A model generated the notes under the pieces. That model ran no database searches. It had not been told where the DNA came from and was given only the letters and a program-made list of their open reading frames with translations. A stretch of DNA of 64,000 nt, taken from Thermoproteota archaeon (GTDB taxonomy: Archaea > Thermoproteota > Thermoprotei > Thermofilales > B9-G17). The position numbers were made by a program, and so were the translations under genes. This document shows positions 37,915 through 49,122 of the stretch, one piece after another (the stretch's first letter is position 1; each line of letters opens with the position of its first letter). The stretch spans positions 544,001 to 608,000 of the forward strand of contig JAPDJW010000002.1 in NCBI GenBank assembly GCA_029258885.1. The letters are read 5' to 3'.

Positions 37915-38800
37915 CCCAGTTATAGAGCTCAGGAACATATCCAAAATATATAGGATGAGCCAGACTGTATCAGTTGAGGCTCTAAAGGACGTCAACGTGA
38001 AGATATATCCGGGCGAAATAGTGATAATAATGGGTCCATCGGGATCCGGTAAGAGCACTTTCCTCAACATAGTCGGCACCCTCGATAGACCTACCAGCGG
38101 CAGAGTGTACCTTGAGGGGGTTGACGTTACCGACCTGCCTGAGAGGGAGCTCTATGATATTAGGCTTAGGAAGATAGGCTTCGTATTCCAGTTCTTCAAC
38201 CTAATTTCAACACTAACGGCAATAGAGAACGTTATGCTTCCAATGATATTGCTCGGCGAGTTGAGCGAGAAGGAGGCTAGAGAGAGAGCACTGGAGCTTC
38301 TTAAAATAGTGGGACTAGGGGATAGGATAAATTCTAGGCCGATACAGCTTTCAGGCGGACAGCAGCAGAGGGTGGCTATAGCTAGGGCGCTGGCTAATAA
38401 TCCATCAATCGTGCTTATGGATGAGCCGACGGGAAACGTGGACGTTGTATCTGAGGCTATTATACTTAAACTCGTCAGTATTCTGAATAAATACTTCGGC
38501 GTAACTTTCGTGATAGTAACCCACAACCCAGAGGTCTCCGTCATAGGCCACAGGATAATATACATAAGGGGCGGGAGGCTCTTCGAGACAAAGGAGGTTC
38601 CTAAGATAAGCCTTGATCAGCCTATCGATGAGCGCAGAATTATAAGGTCGGAGCTTAAGTTCCTGAAGCTTGAGCTTGTCAGGCTTAGGAAGGAGCTTCA
38701 TAAGGGCATAATATCTAGGGATGAATATCTGGCTAGAGCCAGAGAGATAGAGGAGAAGGTACATAGAATAAGGAGGCTGATAAGTAATGCGGGCAAGTAG
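37907..38800 (+). CDS. ABC ATPase (LolD/MacB-like) with C-terminal helical extension
   Basis: GPSGSGKS, LSGGQQQRV, MDEPTGN, VTH. Confidence 0.92.
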   Translation: MSSPVIELRNISKIYRMSQTVSVEALKDVNVKIYPGEIVIIMGPSGSGKSTFLNIVGTLDRPTSGRVYLEGVDVTDLPERELYDIRLRKIGFVFQFFNLISTLTAIENVMLPMILLGELSEKEARERALELLKIVGLGDRINSRPIQLSGGQQQRVAIARALANNPSIVLMDEPTGNVDVVSEAIILKLVSILNKYFGVTFVIVTHNPEVSVIGHRIIYIRGGRLFETKEVPKISLDQPIDERRIIRSELKFLKLELVRLRKELHKGIISRDEYLARAREIEEKVHRIRRLISNAGK

Positions 38801-40556
38801 ATTTCTCTTAGCCTTAATACTGGTGTTAGCTTTAGTACTGGAAATTCCGAATTCCCTATCTGAACCTGTAAAGGTTACTGTTAAGAAGGAGGTTGTATAC
38901 AACTATACCCTTGATATAAAGGGTAAGGTAATATCTTACTACATTAGAGTTAAGATCGTAATTAAATCGGATGTTGCAGAGAAGCTGACGATAATCGATA
39001 AAATCGGTAACATAGATATTGATAGCCTAAAGATGTTGTCTGGGCCGAAGCCCAGTGAGGTGACGGAGACGGGTAACGGCACATGTATGCTACTGTGGAG
39101 TGACGTTAAACTTGAAAAAGGGTATATAGTGCTCGAATACATGGCGAGCGTGAAGACCATGCCGGAGTTTGAGGTGAAAGTGGACATTACCTCAAGTAAT
39201 GGAACCCTGAACTATGCCAAATACATATTTGAGAACGTAAACGAAGGGGATGTAGTAAACCTTAAAATCAGCTTTAAGAGCAATCCAGGAGAATACTTAA
39301 TAGTGGATGGAGAGAAAATAGTCTATCCCTATATAGCGTTATTCGTGCTAACGCATCCTAAAAACATGCTTGATTCCCTCGACTACTTACCGAGACCTAA
39401 CATGACTGCATTACAGGAGGATAATATGATGGCTTACTGGAACGTCATCTTAAAGGAGGAGATGCATATTGAGGCCTCGCTTCTGATTAAAAGCCTTGGA
39501 GCATGGAAGAGCATATGGATTAATCCGATAACAATTCAGCTGATAGATGATCCCTGGGCAATCCTCGCTAATCTCAGGAGATATAATATTGAGGAGCTGC
39601 TTAACGAAACCCTCGCCAGCTATAATGAGTTAAAGAAGACAATGGATACGATAGATGAGATGAAGGAGTCGCTAAATCAGCTCGCCGATACAATGGAGAC
39701 GATAGGCAATAAGGAGATTGAGGCAGCTGAGCTCCTGCTGAACCTGACAAACACTTTTCAAGATTTTCTCTACATGATGGATTCTGTGAATCCTGAAAAC
39801 GTGTCTAGAGCGATATCTGAGACCAAGAATGCGATAAATAATACAATAGATGTTCTTACTTCAATCAGGGAATATATAGATAACAGCACGTACGCCGAAA
39901 ACATGACTGAGGTCGTGGAGAGAATAAATCAAAGTGTAGAGCTACTGGAGTATATGTACAGTCTGCTTTCAGAGGTGAACGTGGAGGAAATATACCAGAT
40001 AGTAGAGCAGCTGGAGTCGACGGCTAATACGGGTAAGGAGGCGGCGGGGCTGCTTTTATCCTCGGGTGAAATGCATCTTAAACTGGCTAGGATGATTAGG
40101 AACGAATACCTTATGATGATAGATCAAATGTCCTATAATCTAACTGCAAAGCTGGATTACATGGAGGAGAGAATAAGGGAGCTTAATAAAACCTATAAAA
40201 CTGTAAAGGCATATGAGAAGCTAGCTAACGAGAGGATAGAGGAGCTGAACAGAAGCATCGAAATATACTACAATGGAACGGAGGTTAAAGCATCAAAAAC
40301 TTTCTCGGTAAAGCACATTGTAGCAGTTAAGTTACCTATATTAGCCTCAAAGATAGAGGTAAGCGGGACGCCAGGCGGAGGATTGGAGGAAGAGGAGGAG
40401 AAGCGTGTACCATACGAGTTGCTGATAATTCCCATAGCAATTATAGTTGTCCTTACACTATATCTAAGGAGGCCTAGAAAGCCTGTTCCTAGAGAAGAAA
40501 TAGAAAAAAGGATAATTAAGGAGATAGAGGAGCTTGAAAAGGAGCTACTGAAGTAA
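38787..40556 (+). CDS. Membrane-anchored protein with beta-rich N-domain and long coiled coil
   Basis: Signal-like N-terminus, heptad-rich aa 260-500, C-terminal TM; in operon with the ABC genes. Confidence 0.7.
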   Translation: MRASRFLLALILVLALVLEIPNSLSEPVKVTVKKEVVYNYTLDIKGKVISYYIRVKIVIKSDVAEKLTIIDKIGNIDIDSLKMLSGPKPSEVTETGNGTCMLLWSDVKLEKGYIVLEYMASVKTMPEFEVKVDITSSNGTLNYAKYIFENVNEGDVVNLKISFKSNPGEYLIVDGEKIVYPYIALFVLTHPKNMLDSLDYLPRPNMTALQEDNMMAYWNVILKEEMHIEASLLIKSLGAWKSIWINPITIQLIDDPWAILANLRRYNIEELLNETLASYNELKKTMDTIDEMKESLNQLADTMETIGNKEIEAAELLLNLTNTFQDFLYMMDSVNPENVSRAISETKNAINNTIDVLTSIREYIDNSTYAENMTEVVERINQSVELLEYMYSLLSEVNVEEIYQIVEQLESTANTGKEAAGLLLSSGEMHLKLARMIRNEYLMMIDQMSYNLTAKLDYMEERIRELNKTYKTVKAYEKLANERIEELNRSIEIYYNGTEVKASKTFSVKHIVAVKLPILASKIEVSGTPGGGLEEEEEKRVPYELLIIPIAIIVVLTLYLRRPRKPVPREEIEKRIIKEIEELEKELLK

Positions 40557-40882
40557 TATAGGTTCCTAGCATTTAATGCTTTTCGGGAGGTATCTGTAAA
40601 TCTCGGAGATTTATCTATTTAAGCTATTTTCCCTTTAACGTAGCGAAGTCCTGTAAAAATTTAGGGATATATTACTTCTTTAATATCCACTAGATTTGAT
40701 TTATGATTTACTCGAGTCTATTTAATAAGTGAGCATAGCTGGACAATGTTGTCTGTTAAGCTCAAGTTTAGGAAACGATATAGGCATCTTTAATGACCCG
40801 GAGTTTCCTTGCAAACAAATTCCTTAAGGCTTCTACTTAGATAAGATTTAACGTTAAGCTTATTAAGGTCAACAGTAAAATA

Positions 40883-42154
40883 TTGTTCCCAATACAATAT
40901 CTATTTAAAGCTGTTCATATTGTACCACGGTGTTTCCTCGGAAAATTTATATTTAAAGTGCAGTATAGTCAAACCATGAAGCTATCATACATTCTCTTGC
41001 TAGTGGTCCTAGTAATTGCAGCGTTTGGACTATACTTAGCCTATACTTATTTTATGATAAAGCCTGCAGAGTTAACAATCGATAAATCGAGTATAGAAAT
41101 TACTGGTTGTATTGGATACGCTGTATCGGTAAAAATCCATCTAACCAACGTTGGCGGAGCAGCTACAACAGTTAAATTATCCTTATCAGGTATAAAGGCG
41201 TTGATAAGCCCAGAGAGCGTTAAAATAGATCCTGGCCAAACAGTTGAGGTTGAAATATACGCCACGGTATATGATAAGGCTTCAGGAAGTTTAACAATAG
41301 AGTATGATGGAAAAAGTATTGAAGTACCAGTAAACGTAAACGGATATCTGACGGAGGAATGTCTTAAAAACTTCTATAGTTACGATAAAAGCCTACCACT
41401 TAACCCAGATGTAAGCCTTGTATCCAGCACCAAAAAGTTTGAGGTATATAAGGTGTATTATGACAGCGTTAACGGCCAGCGTGTACCAGCCCTACTCCTA
41501 AAGCCCAAAACTAAGCCACCATACCCCTACGTCTTCCTAATACACGGCCTCGGCAGTAAGAAGGAGAAATACCTAAATTTAATGGAGTTCCTAGCATCCA
41601 GAGGCTATGCATGCTTTGCAATAGACCTACCCCTACACGGCGAGAGGGGCGCAGGTAAGATAGACATCGAAAAAGATATACTTAATGTCATAATGCAGGC
41701 GGTATACGATATCAGGAGGGGGCTAGACTACCTCGAAAGTAGGGGAGATGCAGGCAAGATCTGCCTCTACGGAACCAGCCTCGGAGGAATAATAAGCTCA
41801 ATAACACTAGGCGTCGAACAGAGATTCAGCGCAGCAGTACTGGTAGTAACAGGCGGAAATATCACCTACATACTACATAATAGCGTGATTGCAAGCGGAG
41901 TCAATGTCGATAAGATACTCAGTAACCCCCTATTCCCATACACCGAGCCGCTAAACTACATAAGCTACTTCAACGGCCCAATACAGTTCCACCTAGGAGA
42001 AAAGGACGATGTAATACCAATCGAAGCAGGGCTACAGCTAGCCAACAAAGCAAAAAACAAGGAAGTATACACATACAACACGGGACACGGCATACCAGCG
42101 AACATGTTCATAGACAAGGTTCTAGATTTTCTAGATAGAAACCTAAAAAGCTAG
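40883..42154 (+). CDS. Secreted alpha/beta hydrolase with Ig-like domain (likely start 40977)
   Basis: IHGLGS, DLPLHGER, GTSLGG nucleophile elbow, DDVIP, TGHG. Confidence 0.82.
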   Translation: MFPIQYLFKAVHIVPRCFLGKFIFKVQYSQTMKLSYILLLVVLVIAAFGLYLAYTYFMIKPAELTIDKSSIEITGCIGYAVSVKIHLTNVGGAATTVKLSLSGIKALISPESVKIDPGQTVEVEIYATVYDKASGSLTIEYDGKSIEVPVNVNGYLTEECLKNFYSYDKSLPLNPDVSLVSSTKKFEVYKVYYDSVNGQRVPALLLKPKTKPPYPYVFLIHGLGSKKEKYLNLMEFLASRGYACFAIDLPLHGERGAGKIDIEKDILNVIMQAVYDIRRGLDYLESRGDAGKICLYGTSLGGIISSITLGVEQRFSAAVLVVTGGNITYILHNSVIASGVNVDKILSNPLFPYTEPLNYISYFNGPIQFHLGEKDDVIPIEAGLQLANKAKNKEVYTYNTGHGIPANMFIDKVLDFLDRNLKS

Positions 42155-42385
42155 CATTCTTTCTAACATTTCCTCTCAACTAGCATTACTTAACGCTATT
42201 TTAAGCTATAGCAAATTTCAGCTAAACAATTAATGTGATGTATTCACATTTCCATGAATAATTTAAAAATAATCTCGTGCTATACCTTAGGATAAAACTA
42301 TATTCTAACCAGATAAGCTATTTCAAGAAATCCTTTTACCTCATTGGAGTAAAGCTTGAAGGTTATGAATTAAAATACTATGGAG

Positions 42386-43603
42386 TTAAGGGGCAACTTT
42401 AAACTCGTAACCTTTTCTCCTTAAGTCGCGTAATATTTCGTCTATGCTTTCCTTATCTGGGACTTCAAGCGTTATGGTTACTTCTACTTTACCTATTCTT
42501 ACTGTTGGGCTTACTCTATCCTCTTCTATCGATATTACGTTTGCCCTAGCTTTAGCTATTGATTCAAGTACTTCCTTGAGTGTTCCGGGCCTGTCATTGA
42601 GTACTCCCTGTATCCGTATCTCCCTCCCCTCTACGACTAGGGCCTTATCTATTACCCTCGATAATAGTGGCATATCTACATTTCCTCCGCTGACAACTAT
42701 AGCAACGTTCTTTTCTTTGACGTCTATTTTTCCGCTTAATACCGCCGCTACACCGACTGCTCCCGCTGGCTCGGCTACGAGTTTACACCTCTCGAGTAGC
42801 ATGAACATTGCTCTAACTATTTCATCATCGTCTACAAGCAGTACGTCGTCCACTATCTCGCTCACTATCTTAAACGTTAGGTCTCCGGGGCTCTTTATAG
42901 CTATGCCGTCGGCAATAGTATCTATATCCCTAACCTTAACAATCCCACCCTTCTCCAGCGAGAGCTTCATGGACGGAGCCCCGCTCGCCTCGACACCGTA
43001 GACCTTAACGTCGGGCTTAAGGTTCTTCAATGCTATAGCTATACCCGAGATTAGTCCGCCGCCTCCTATCGGCACAACAACGGCATCTATATTCGGTAGA
43101 TCCTCGTATATCTCGAGTCCTATAGTCCCCTGTCCTGCAATCACGTATGGATCGTTAAATGCGTGTATGAAGTCGATGTTCCTCTCCTTCGACAGCCTTA
43201 CAGCGTACTCATAGGCATCGTCGTAGGTTCTCCCATACAGTATTACGTTTGCCCCATATCCCTTGGTGGCGACGACCTTAATGACTGGCGTGTATTTGGG
43301 CATAACTATCGTCGATTTTACACCCAGTAATGTTGCAGCGTAGGCTACACCTTGGGCATGGTTTCCCGAGGATGCGGTTACACACTCCCTAATACCCTTA
43401 GCTTTAACGAGGTGCCACAGCTTATTATAGGCGCCCCTAGGCTTAAAGGAGCCAGTTTTCTGAAGATTCTCCAGCTTAAGGTAGATATTACCGCCAGTAA
43501 GTTTAGAGAACGTGTAGGATCTTGTGAGGGGCGTGCGGTGGACGACGTCCTTCAGTATTTCCTTAGCCTCCTTAATCCTATCAAATATGTCCGGGTATAG
43601 CAT
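42386..43603 (-). CDS. ilvA: Threonine ammonia-lyase with ACT domain
   Basis: LQKTGSFKPRG, ASSGNHAQG, PIGGGGLISG, SGGN, DRPG. Confidence 0.93.
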   Translation of the reverse strand: MLYPDIFDRIKEAKEILKDVVHRTPLTRSYTFSKLTGGNIYLKLENLQKTGSFKPRGAYNKLWHLVKAKGIRECVTASSGNHAQGVAYAATLLGVKSTIVMPKYTPVIKVVATKGYGANVILYGRTYDDAYEYAVRLSKERNIDFIHAFNDPYVIAGQGTIGLEIYEDLPNIDAVVVPIGGGGLISGIAIALKNLKPDVKVYGVEASGAPSMKLSLEKGGIVKVRDIDTIADGIAIKSPGDLTFKIVSEIVDDVLLVDDDEIVRAMFMLLERCKLVAEPAGAVGVAAVLSGKIDVKEKNVAIVVSGGNVDMPLLSRVIDKALVVEGREIRIQGVLNDRPGTLKEVLESIAKARANVISIEEDRVSPTVRIGKVEVTITLEVPDKESIDEILRDLRRKGYEFKVAP

Positions 43604-43638
43604 CAGTTTATGAATAAGTCTAGACGTTAAAAGCTTTG

Positions 43639-44409
43639 CTACGGCAATATATCCACGCCTACGTTAATCCAAGCCTCCCTACGGGCAATCCTATAGCCGA
43701 CCCCCAGATAGGCTCTCACGGCCGGAACATTATCGACGTTAACCCATAAGCATGCATACCTGCTCTTCTCCAACGCTTTCCTCGAAACATAGTACGTAAT
43801 TGCCTTACCCAGCCCCCTACCCCTATACTCGGGATCAACCCATATAGAGCCAACCATGGATACCTCAGGCTCGTGAACGTACAGGCCGCCGAAGGCTATA
43901 ATCCTATTACCCATAACTGCCCCAAATCTTTTCCCTAGATACTCCATCCTCCTTGATATGAACTCCGGTATCTCGTAGCCGCTTAGATCAGTTAGCTCCG
44001 TAAACAATACATTTAGTTTCATGAGCGGTTCCTTAAGCATATCACCTGTAGCATACATACTGTAGGCCTCGTATAGGCTTAAAGGCTTCACGTACCGCAA
44101 CGCTATTTCCCTATATCGAATCGGGACATGTATTATGGCTCTCTTAAGAGGTATTCTGGAAGACACGTATTCAAATAATTCCGAAACCGCTTCACCTTCT
44201 TCTCCATCGATAATAATCGATAAGTGATCTCTTAAACCATGGAATATTAACGCATAACCTTTTAAGACGTCATCCTCATAGTAGGCGTAAACCGTAGTTG
44301 ATTCCCTCAAATGCCTAATATCGTGAATCGTGTAGGGATGTAGAAACGGTTCCCTCAGCACATATCTAAGTACTTCATCATACATATTCTCCATTACCTT
44401 CATGGCCAT
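43639..44409 (-). CDS. GNAT acetyltransferase
   Basis: VDPEYRGRGLG, NVPAVRAYLGVGY. Confidence 0.88.
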   Translation of the reverse strand: MAMKVMENMYDEVLRYVLREPFLHPYTIHDIRHLRESTTVYAYYEDDVLKGYALIFHGLRDHLSIIIDGEEGEAVSELFEYVSSRIPLKRAIIHVPIRYREIALRYVKPLSLYEAYSMYATGDMLKEPLMKLNVLFTELTDLSGYEIPEFISRRMEYLGKRFGAVMGNRIIAFGGLYVHEPEVSMVGSIWVDPEYRGRGLGKAITYYVSRKALEKSRYACLWVNVDNVPAVRAYLGVGYRIARREAWINVGVDILP

Positions 44410-44582
44410 CAGCCTCTACCGGCTCATAATCTAACTCCATTCATTCCCCAGGAATTTCCTTAACTATTCTCAGGGGCATATAGATCATATACTTGCATTA
44501 TGTTATAAAATTGGAGGCTGCATTAAACTATGTCTTCTCTTAATTAACTTTTTTATTAATCTAAAGATTAAATATTATTAAC

Positions 44583-45185
44583 ATGGAGCTCTCCTGCGTG
44601 CTTTCGAGTATTAAAACCTATTCTGAGGAATTAGGTCTTGATTTATCAAAGCCTGAGGATCGTTTCAAGTGGTTTCTAGCTTCGATACTTTTCGCTAAAA
44701 GAATTTCAGCCGATATAGCTAAGAGGACTTTCTTTAGGTTTGTTGAGGAGGATTTAACTACTCCAGAAGCTATACTTGAGGCTGGCTGGGATAGGCTCGT
44801 CGAGGTACTTGATTCAGGCGGGTACGTTAGGTACGATTTCTCAACTGCATCTAATCTTCTCGAAATTATGGGTAAGCTTAAGAGGGAATACGGTAGCATA
44901 GATAAGCTACACGAGGTGGCCAGCGACCCTAGGGATCTAGAGAAGAGGCTCATGGAGTTTAAGGGCATTGGTCCAGTATGTGTAAATATATTCCTAAGGG
45001 AGCTTAGAGGCATATGGAGTAAAGCTGACCCAAAGCCCTCTAATTTAGCTGTCAAAGTGGCTGAGAAGCTGGGGTTAAAGGACGTGAAACCCTATGAGTC
45101 GCAACTAGTCAGAATATATCTTGAGTACTGTAAGAAGAGGAAATGTGATTCATGCCCAGTAAGGATGTTCTGTAAAGCCAGGTAA
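44583..45185 (+). CDS. HhH-GPD family DNA glycosylase-like protein with Fe-S motif
   Basis: LMEFKGIGPV HhH; CKKRKCDSCPVRMFC. Confidence 0.8.
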   Translation: MELSCVLSSIKTYSEELGLDLSKPEDRFKWFLASILFAKRISADIAKRTFFRFVEEDLTTPEAILEAGWDRLVEVLDSGGYVRYDFSTASNLLEIMGKLKREYGSIDKLHEVASDPRDLEKRLMEFKGIGPVCVNIFLRELRGIWSKADPKPSNLAVKVAEKLGLKDVKPYESQLVRIYLEYCKKRKCDSCPVRMFCKAR

Positions 45186-45221
45186 TAGAGGGATTATCAT
45201 TCAGCCATGATGTATTTCAGG

Positions 45222-46643
45222 CTACTTCAGGCAAACTATTACTGTTAGATCATTAACGTTAGTCCCCGTTGGACCGGTATATATTAGGTGTTTACCTAGC
45301 GCTTTGAAGAATGAATAAGTATCGTGTCTACGTAGGTAGTCGAATATGTCCAGCCCTCTTCCCTCGGCCTCGCGTATAGTATATGCGTCAACGATGGCGC
45401 CAGCTGCATCACTGTTTCCATCTATTCCATCGGATCCAATTGATGCAAGCACAGCCCCTTTCATTCCATTTAGGTAGAGCGCTGCTGAGCATGCAAGCTC
45501 CTGATTTCTCCCACCCCAGCCTCCTCCATATACATCCAAGGTTACAGTCGTTTCGCCCCCGACGAGTACAGCACATGGTTTAGCTAACGGCCGATCCCTA
45601 TAGTATATCTGCCTAGCTATTGAAGCGAGCACTATACCTACTTCCTTAGCCTCTCCCTCAAGGTATGAGGTTAAAACCATGGCATTAAGACCTAAATCTA
45701 AAGCTCTACTATACATTGTGTTCAGTGAAATTTCATTGCTGGCGATAATCACATTATACACTCTCCTAAAGACTTTATCTCTGGGCTTAACAGTCTCCTC
45801 TATAAGCCCGTTCAAGCCTTTTTCAAGAACGTTCAGAATACTTTTAGGAGCCCTATCGGCTACGCCGTACTTTCTCAGAACATTTAAGGCATCGCTGAAC
45901 GTGGATTTGTCAGGTGCAGTCGGCCCTGAGGCAATTGTATCCAGAGGGTCTCCAACCACATCCGAAATTATCAGCGATAACACGGTTGCTGGATAGGCTA
46001 ATTTAGCTAGCTTTCCACCCTTAAGCTTCTCAACATGCTTCCTAACAACATTTACCTCATTGATGTTAGCCCCACTTCCCAATAGGAGCTTAGTTAAAGT
46101 CATCATGTCATCCATTGATACTTCATCGTAGGGACAGCACATAAGCGCAGAACCACCGCCGGAGATAAGACATATTATCAAATCCCCTTCATCGGCACTA
46201 CTAACTAGTGAAATTATCTCCTCACTATGTCTCCTATTCTCCTCACTAGGTATCGGGTGCGTGGCGCCTAGAAGCTTAATCTTTTTCAACTTATACCTGT
46301 TAACCAATGGCTTAGGGACTATGACATAGCCACAATCAATGAAATCCCCTAGAATCTCCTCAAGCGCTTGAGCCATGCCCCCCGAGGCCTTACCAGCACC
46401 AACCACATAAACCCTATTGAAGGAACCTAGCTTCAGCCTATACCCGTCCACCCTAAGCTCTCCATCTTCAATCTTCATTTTCCTACGGACAGCCTCACGT
46501 GGATCGGCGGCAGACAATCCCTCATCCAACAGCTCTAGAGCTATCCTACGTGCTTCCCTGGTAACTTTATCGTAGACGTCCAGAAGCTCATCCACATTCC
46601 TAATATACCTCATAGCATTCCCACCCAACATACGGTTGTTCAT
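45222..46643 (-). CDS. Glycerate 2-kinase (MOFRL family)
   Basis: GAGKAS, HPIP, LISGGGSAL, KLKGGKLA, GGETTV, GGRNQE, TGTNVNDL. Confidence 0.92.
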   Translation of the reverse strand: MNNRMLGGNAMRYIRNVDELLDVYDKVTREARRIALELLDEGLSAADPREAVRRKMKIEDGELRVDGYRLKLGSFNRVYVVGAGKASGGMAQALEEILGDFIDCGYVIVPKPLVNRYKLKKIKLLGATHPIPSEENRRHSEEIISLVSSADEGDLIICLISGGGSALMCCPYDEVSMDDMMTLTKLLLGSGANINEVNVVRKHVEKLKGGKLAKLAYPATVLSLIISDVVGDPLDTIASGPTAPDKSTFSDALNVLRKYGVADRAPKSILNVLEKGLNGLIEETVKPRDKVFRRVYNVIIASNEISLNTMYSRALDLGLNAMVLTSYLEGEAKEVGIVLASIARQIYYRDRPLAKPCAVLVGGETTVTLDVYGGGWGGRNQELACSAALYLNGMKGAVLASIGSDGIDGNSDAAGAIVDAYTIREAEGRGLDIFDYLRRHDTYSFFKALGKHLIYTGPTGTNVNDLTVIVCLK

Positions 46644-46663
46644 GCAATAAGTTTTAACTGGAT

Positions 46664-46990
46664 TTAATCTGCCTCCTTTAAACTATTAACCAACTCCTCC
46701 AGATACTTCAGTCCATCCTCTAGCAGTCTCCTACCCTTATTCGTTATAGAGTAGTACTTCCTATTCCCAATAGTCTTTGAAACAACGTAGTTTGCCTTTT
46801 CAAGCTTCTTAAAAACAACATATGGCAGCACTAGTCCAGGGTCGAACCCGTGCTTCTCCCTAATTATATGAATTATCTCGTATGGATACCTATCCCTACT
46901 TTTAAGGTATGCTAGAATATATATCCAGAGGCACTCCACGCCAGTCTTCTTCTTAAGCCTCCTCAGCGGAGGCTCCTCCCTTAATGTCAT
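46664..46990 (-). CDS. PadR-family regulator
   Basis: YPYEII, LEKANYV, RKYYSITNKGR. Confidence 0.85.
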   Translation of the reverse strand: MTLREEPPLRRLKKKTGVECLWIYILAYLKSRDRYPYEIIHIIREKHGFDPGLVLPYVVFKKLEKANYVVSKTIGNRKYYSITNKGRRLLEDGLKYLEELVNSLKEAD

Positions 46991-47063
46991 GGTGTAATAT
47001 TATAGAAAAGAATAAATATCGTTTATTATCTAATATACGTTAGAATCTAATGGCTGTTAGATA

Positions 47064-48254
47064 GTGGTCGGGATGATAAGGGTAGTTGTAATCGGTCAGG
47101 GGCAGGTTGCCTCAAACTTCGTTGTAGGTCTCGAGAGGCTGAAGAAGGGTGAGATAGAGCCGTATGGAGTTCCGCTGGCAGACATGGATTTAGGCTATAA
47201 TTTTAACGATATTAAAATAGTGGGCTCCTACGATGTTGATGCTGGGAAGGTTGGTAGAAGCCTCTATGATGTAGCCAAAATGTACTTTAACGAGGAGATT
47301 ATTCCAGAGGAACTTAAGGACATATATGTTAGGAAGGGTATCTCGTTGGGAAAGCTTCAGGACATGCCCTTCGATATCGTTTCATTGGATGAGAATAACG
47401 GAAGCCTAAGTGATGTAATTGATCTTCTCTATGAGGAGTGGTGTAGGCTTAAGCCAGACGTTGTAGTCGATTTAACGACCACGCAATACGGTATAGTTTT
47501 TAGAGACTTCAAGAAGCTTGAGGAGACGGTCCTCAAGAACAACAGGGAGCTCCTTACTCCAAGCCAGGTATACTGTTATTCCCTTATAAAATATGTTGAG
47601 AACGTTAGGAGCGCAGCTTACGTTAACTGTATTCCAGTTCCTATAGCTAATGACCCAGCTATAGTGGGTAAGATGATGGAGGCAGGTGGCCTCGTATTGG
47701 GGGATGATGGAGCTACAGGAGCTACACCACTCACCGCAGATATTCTTAGACATATGGCTGATAGAAATAGAAAGGTTCTATCTGTGGCACAGTTTAACAT
47801 TGGCGGCAACCTAGATTTCCTAGCTCTCTTAAATAAGGAGAGGAATAGGGCTAAGGAGTTCACTAAATCAAGCATAGTCAAGGACATCTTAGGATACGAT
47901 GCTCCACACTACATTAGGCCGACGGGATACCTTGAACCCCTCGGAGATAAGAAGTTCGTAGCAATGCACCTAATATACAAATCATTCAATGGCGCAGAGG
48001 ACGAAATAATAGTAAACATGAGAATAAACGACAGCCCAGCACTAGCAGGCTATGTAGTGGATTTAGTAAGGCTAAGTAAGCTGGCACTAGATAACGAGAT
48101 CTACGGCACAGTATATGAGATAAACGCCTTCTACATGAAAAGGCCGGGACCTCTGGGATCAAAGAGCATCTCAAAAATATTAGCAAGAAGACTCTTGGGA
48201 GAATGGGTCGGAAAAGCCGCAAGAAAGCCCGTTAAAGCATACGAGATTATTTAG
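47064..48254 (+). CDS. ino1: myo-inositol-1-phosphate synthase
   Basis: GQGQVAS, GDDGATGAT, QFNIGGNLDF, INDSPALAG. Confidence 0.92.
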   Translation: MVGMIRVVVIGQGQVASNFVVGLERLKKGEIEPYGVPLADMDLGYNFNDIKIVGSYDVDAGKVGRSLYDVAKMYFNEEIIPEELKDIYVRKGISLGKLQDMPFDIVSLDENNGSLSDVIDLLYEEWCRLKPDVVVDLTTTQYGIVFRDFKKLEETVLKNNRELLTPSQVYCYSLIKYVENVRSAAYVNCIPVPIANDPAIVGKMMEAGGLVLGDDGATGATPLTADILRHMADRNRKVLSVAQFNIGGNLDFLALLNKERNRAKEFTKSSIVKDILGYDAPHYIRPTGYLEPLGDKKFVAMHLIYKSFNGAEDEIIVNMRINDSPALAGYVVDLVRLSKLALDNEIYGTVYEINAFYMKRPGPLGSKSISKILARRLLGEWVGKAARKPVKAYEII

Positions 48255-48307
48255 GTTAATAGCTAGAAATTTGGCGATGCCTAAGTATAAGTAGTAGATG
48301 TGTAGTC

Positions 48308-48736
48308 TTAAGACATTTGACTTCTAATGTTTTGTGGAATAGGGTTTTCAAATATCAAGCCGTATTTTCTGCATAATTTTTCTATGTGTTTATCGTTTGA
48401 AACTATTATTGGAATCCTATTTTCAAGTGCAGTAGCTAAGAGTAGTGCATCACCTAATGGCACGTTTTCCTCTACAGCGATAGTGAATCCACCGCTCGAC
48501 GGAGGGATTAGGTTTAAGCCTCTGGCTACCAGCTCTATTTTAGAGGCAACCTTAGATCTAGGCCTAACCCTATAATACCAATATAGGGTATTATAAGCCT
48601 CTAATAACACGGTATGGGTAACATATAACTCAATCTCCCCCACTAGTCCTTTCTCTATCAGAGGCTTAACATATGGTGAGGCTACGTGATTCTCAAGCAA
48701 ACTATAGGATAAGATGTCAGCATCAAGCATCCTCAT
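48308..48736 (-). CDS. vapC: VapC/PIN toxin
   Basis: MLDADIL, LEAY, GDALLLA, SND. Confidence 0.85.
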   Translation of the reverse strand: MRMLDADILSYSLLENHVASPYVKPLIEKGLVGEIELYVTHTVLLEAYNTLYWYYRVRPRSKVASKIELVARGLNLIPPSSGGFTIAVEENVPLGDALLLATALENRIPIIVSNDKHIEKLCRKYGLIFENPIPQNIRSQMS

Positions 48737-48993
48737 ATCTTTAATCCTCCATACCTATGCTTACCCTTCTCAGCATCAAGGTATCTATACTTTTCATCCA
48801 CATACAGCTTTATTTCTCTAAACTTCTTCAGAACATCTTCCCCAGAAGCCTTCTTTAAAATGATCATAGATCCCCTTCTTTCAATAATCAGCTCATCCTT
48901 AGGCTTAAGCCCCTCCCTAAACTCAACAGGTATAGTTATCCTCCATCTATCGTCGATACGAACTCTTTTACCCACTCCCCATCCCCATCCCAC
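48733..48993 (-). CDS. AbrB/SpoVT-type antitoxin
   Basis: RIDDRWRITIPVEFRE; overlaps vapC by 4 nt. Confidence 0.85.
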   Translation of the reverse strand: MGWGWGVGKRVRIDDRWRITIPVEFREGLKPKDELIIERRGSMIILKKASGEDVLKKFREIKLYVDEKYRYLDAEKGKHRYGGLKI

Positions 48994-49122
48994 ATATATA
49001 CAATCAAGTATTTAAGTTTAAGCTAGGGAAAAGTTTAAGATTTTTCTTCATTAATTTAATACTGGAGTGATGAAACCACCCACGCATTGAGCGATGATAG
49101 GCTGGCCGGAGCTGAGCTTCTT

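Noticed and set aside
40560-40880. Long intergenic regions (also 20735-20950 and 62830-63110) as ncRNA or tRNA
   Set aside because: No cloverleaf, C/D box or stable hairpin recognised; they look like decayed coding sequence.
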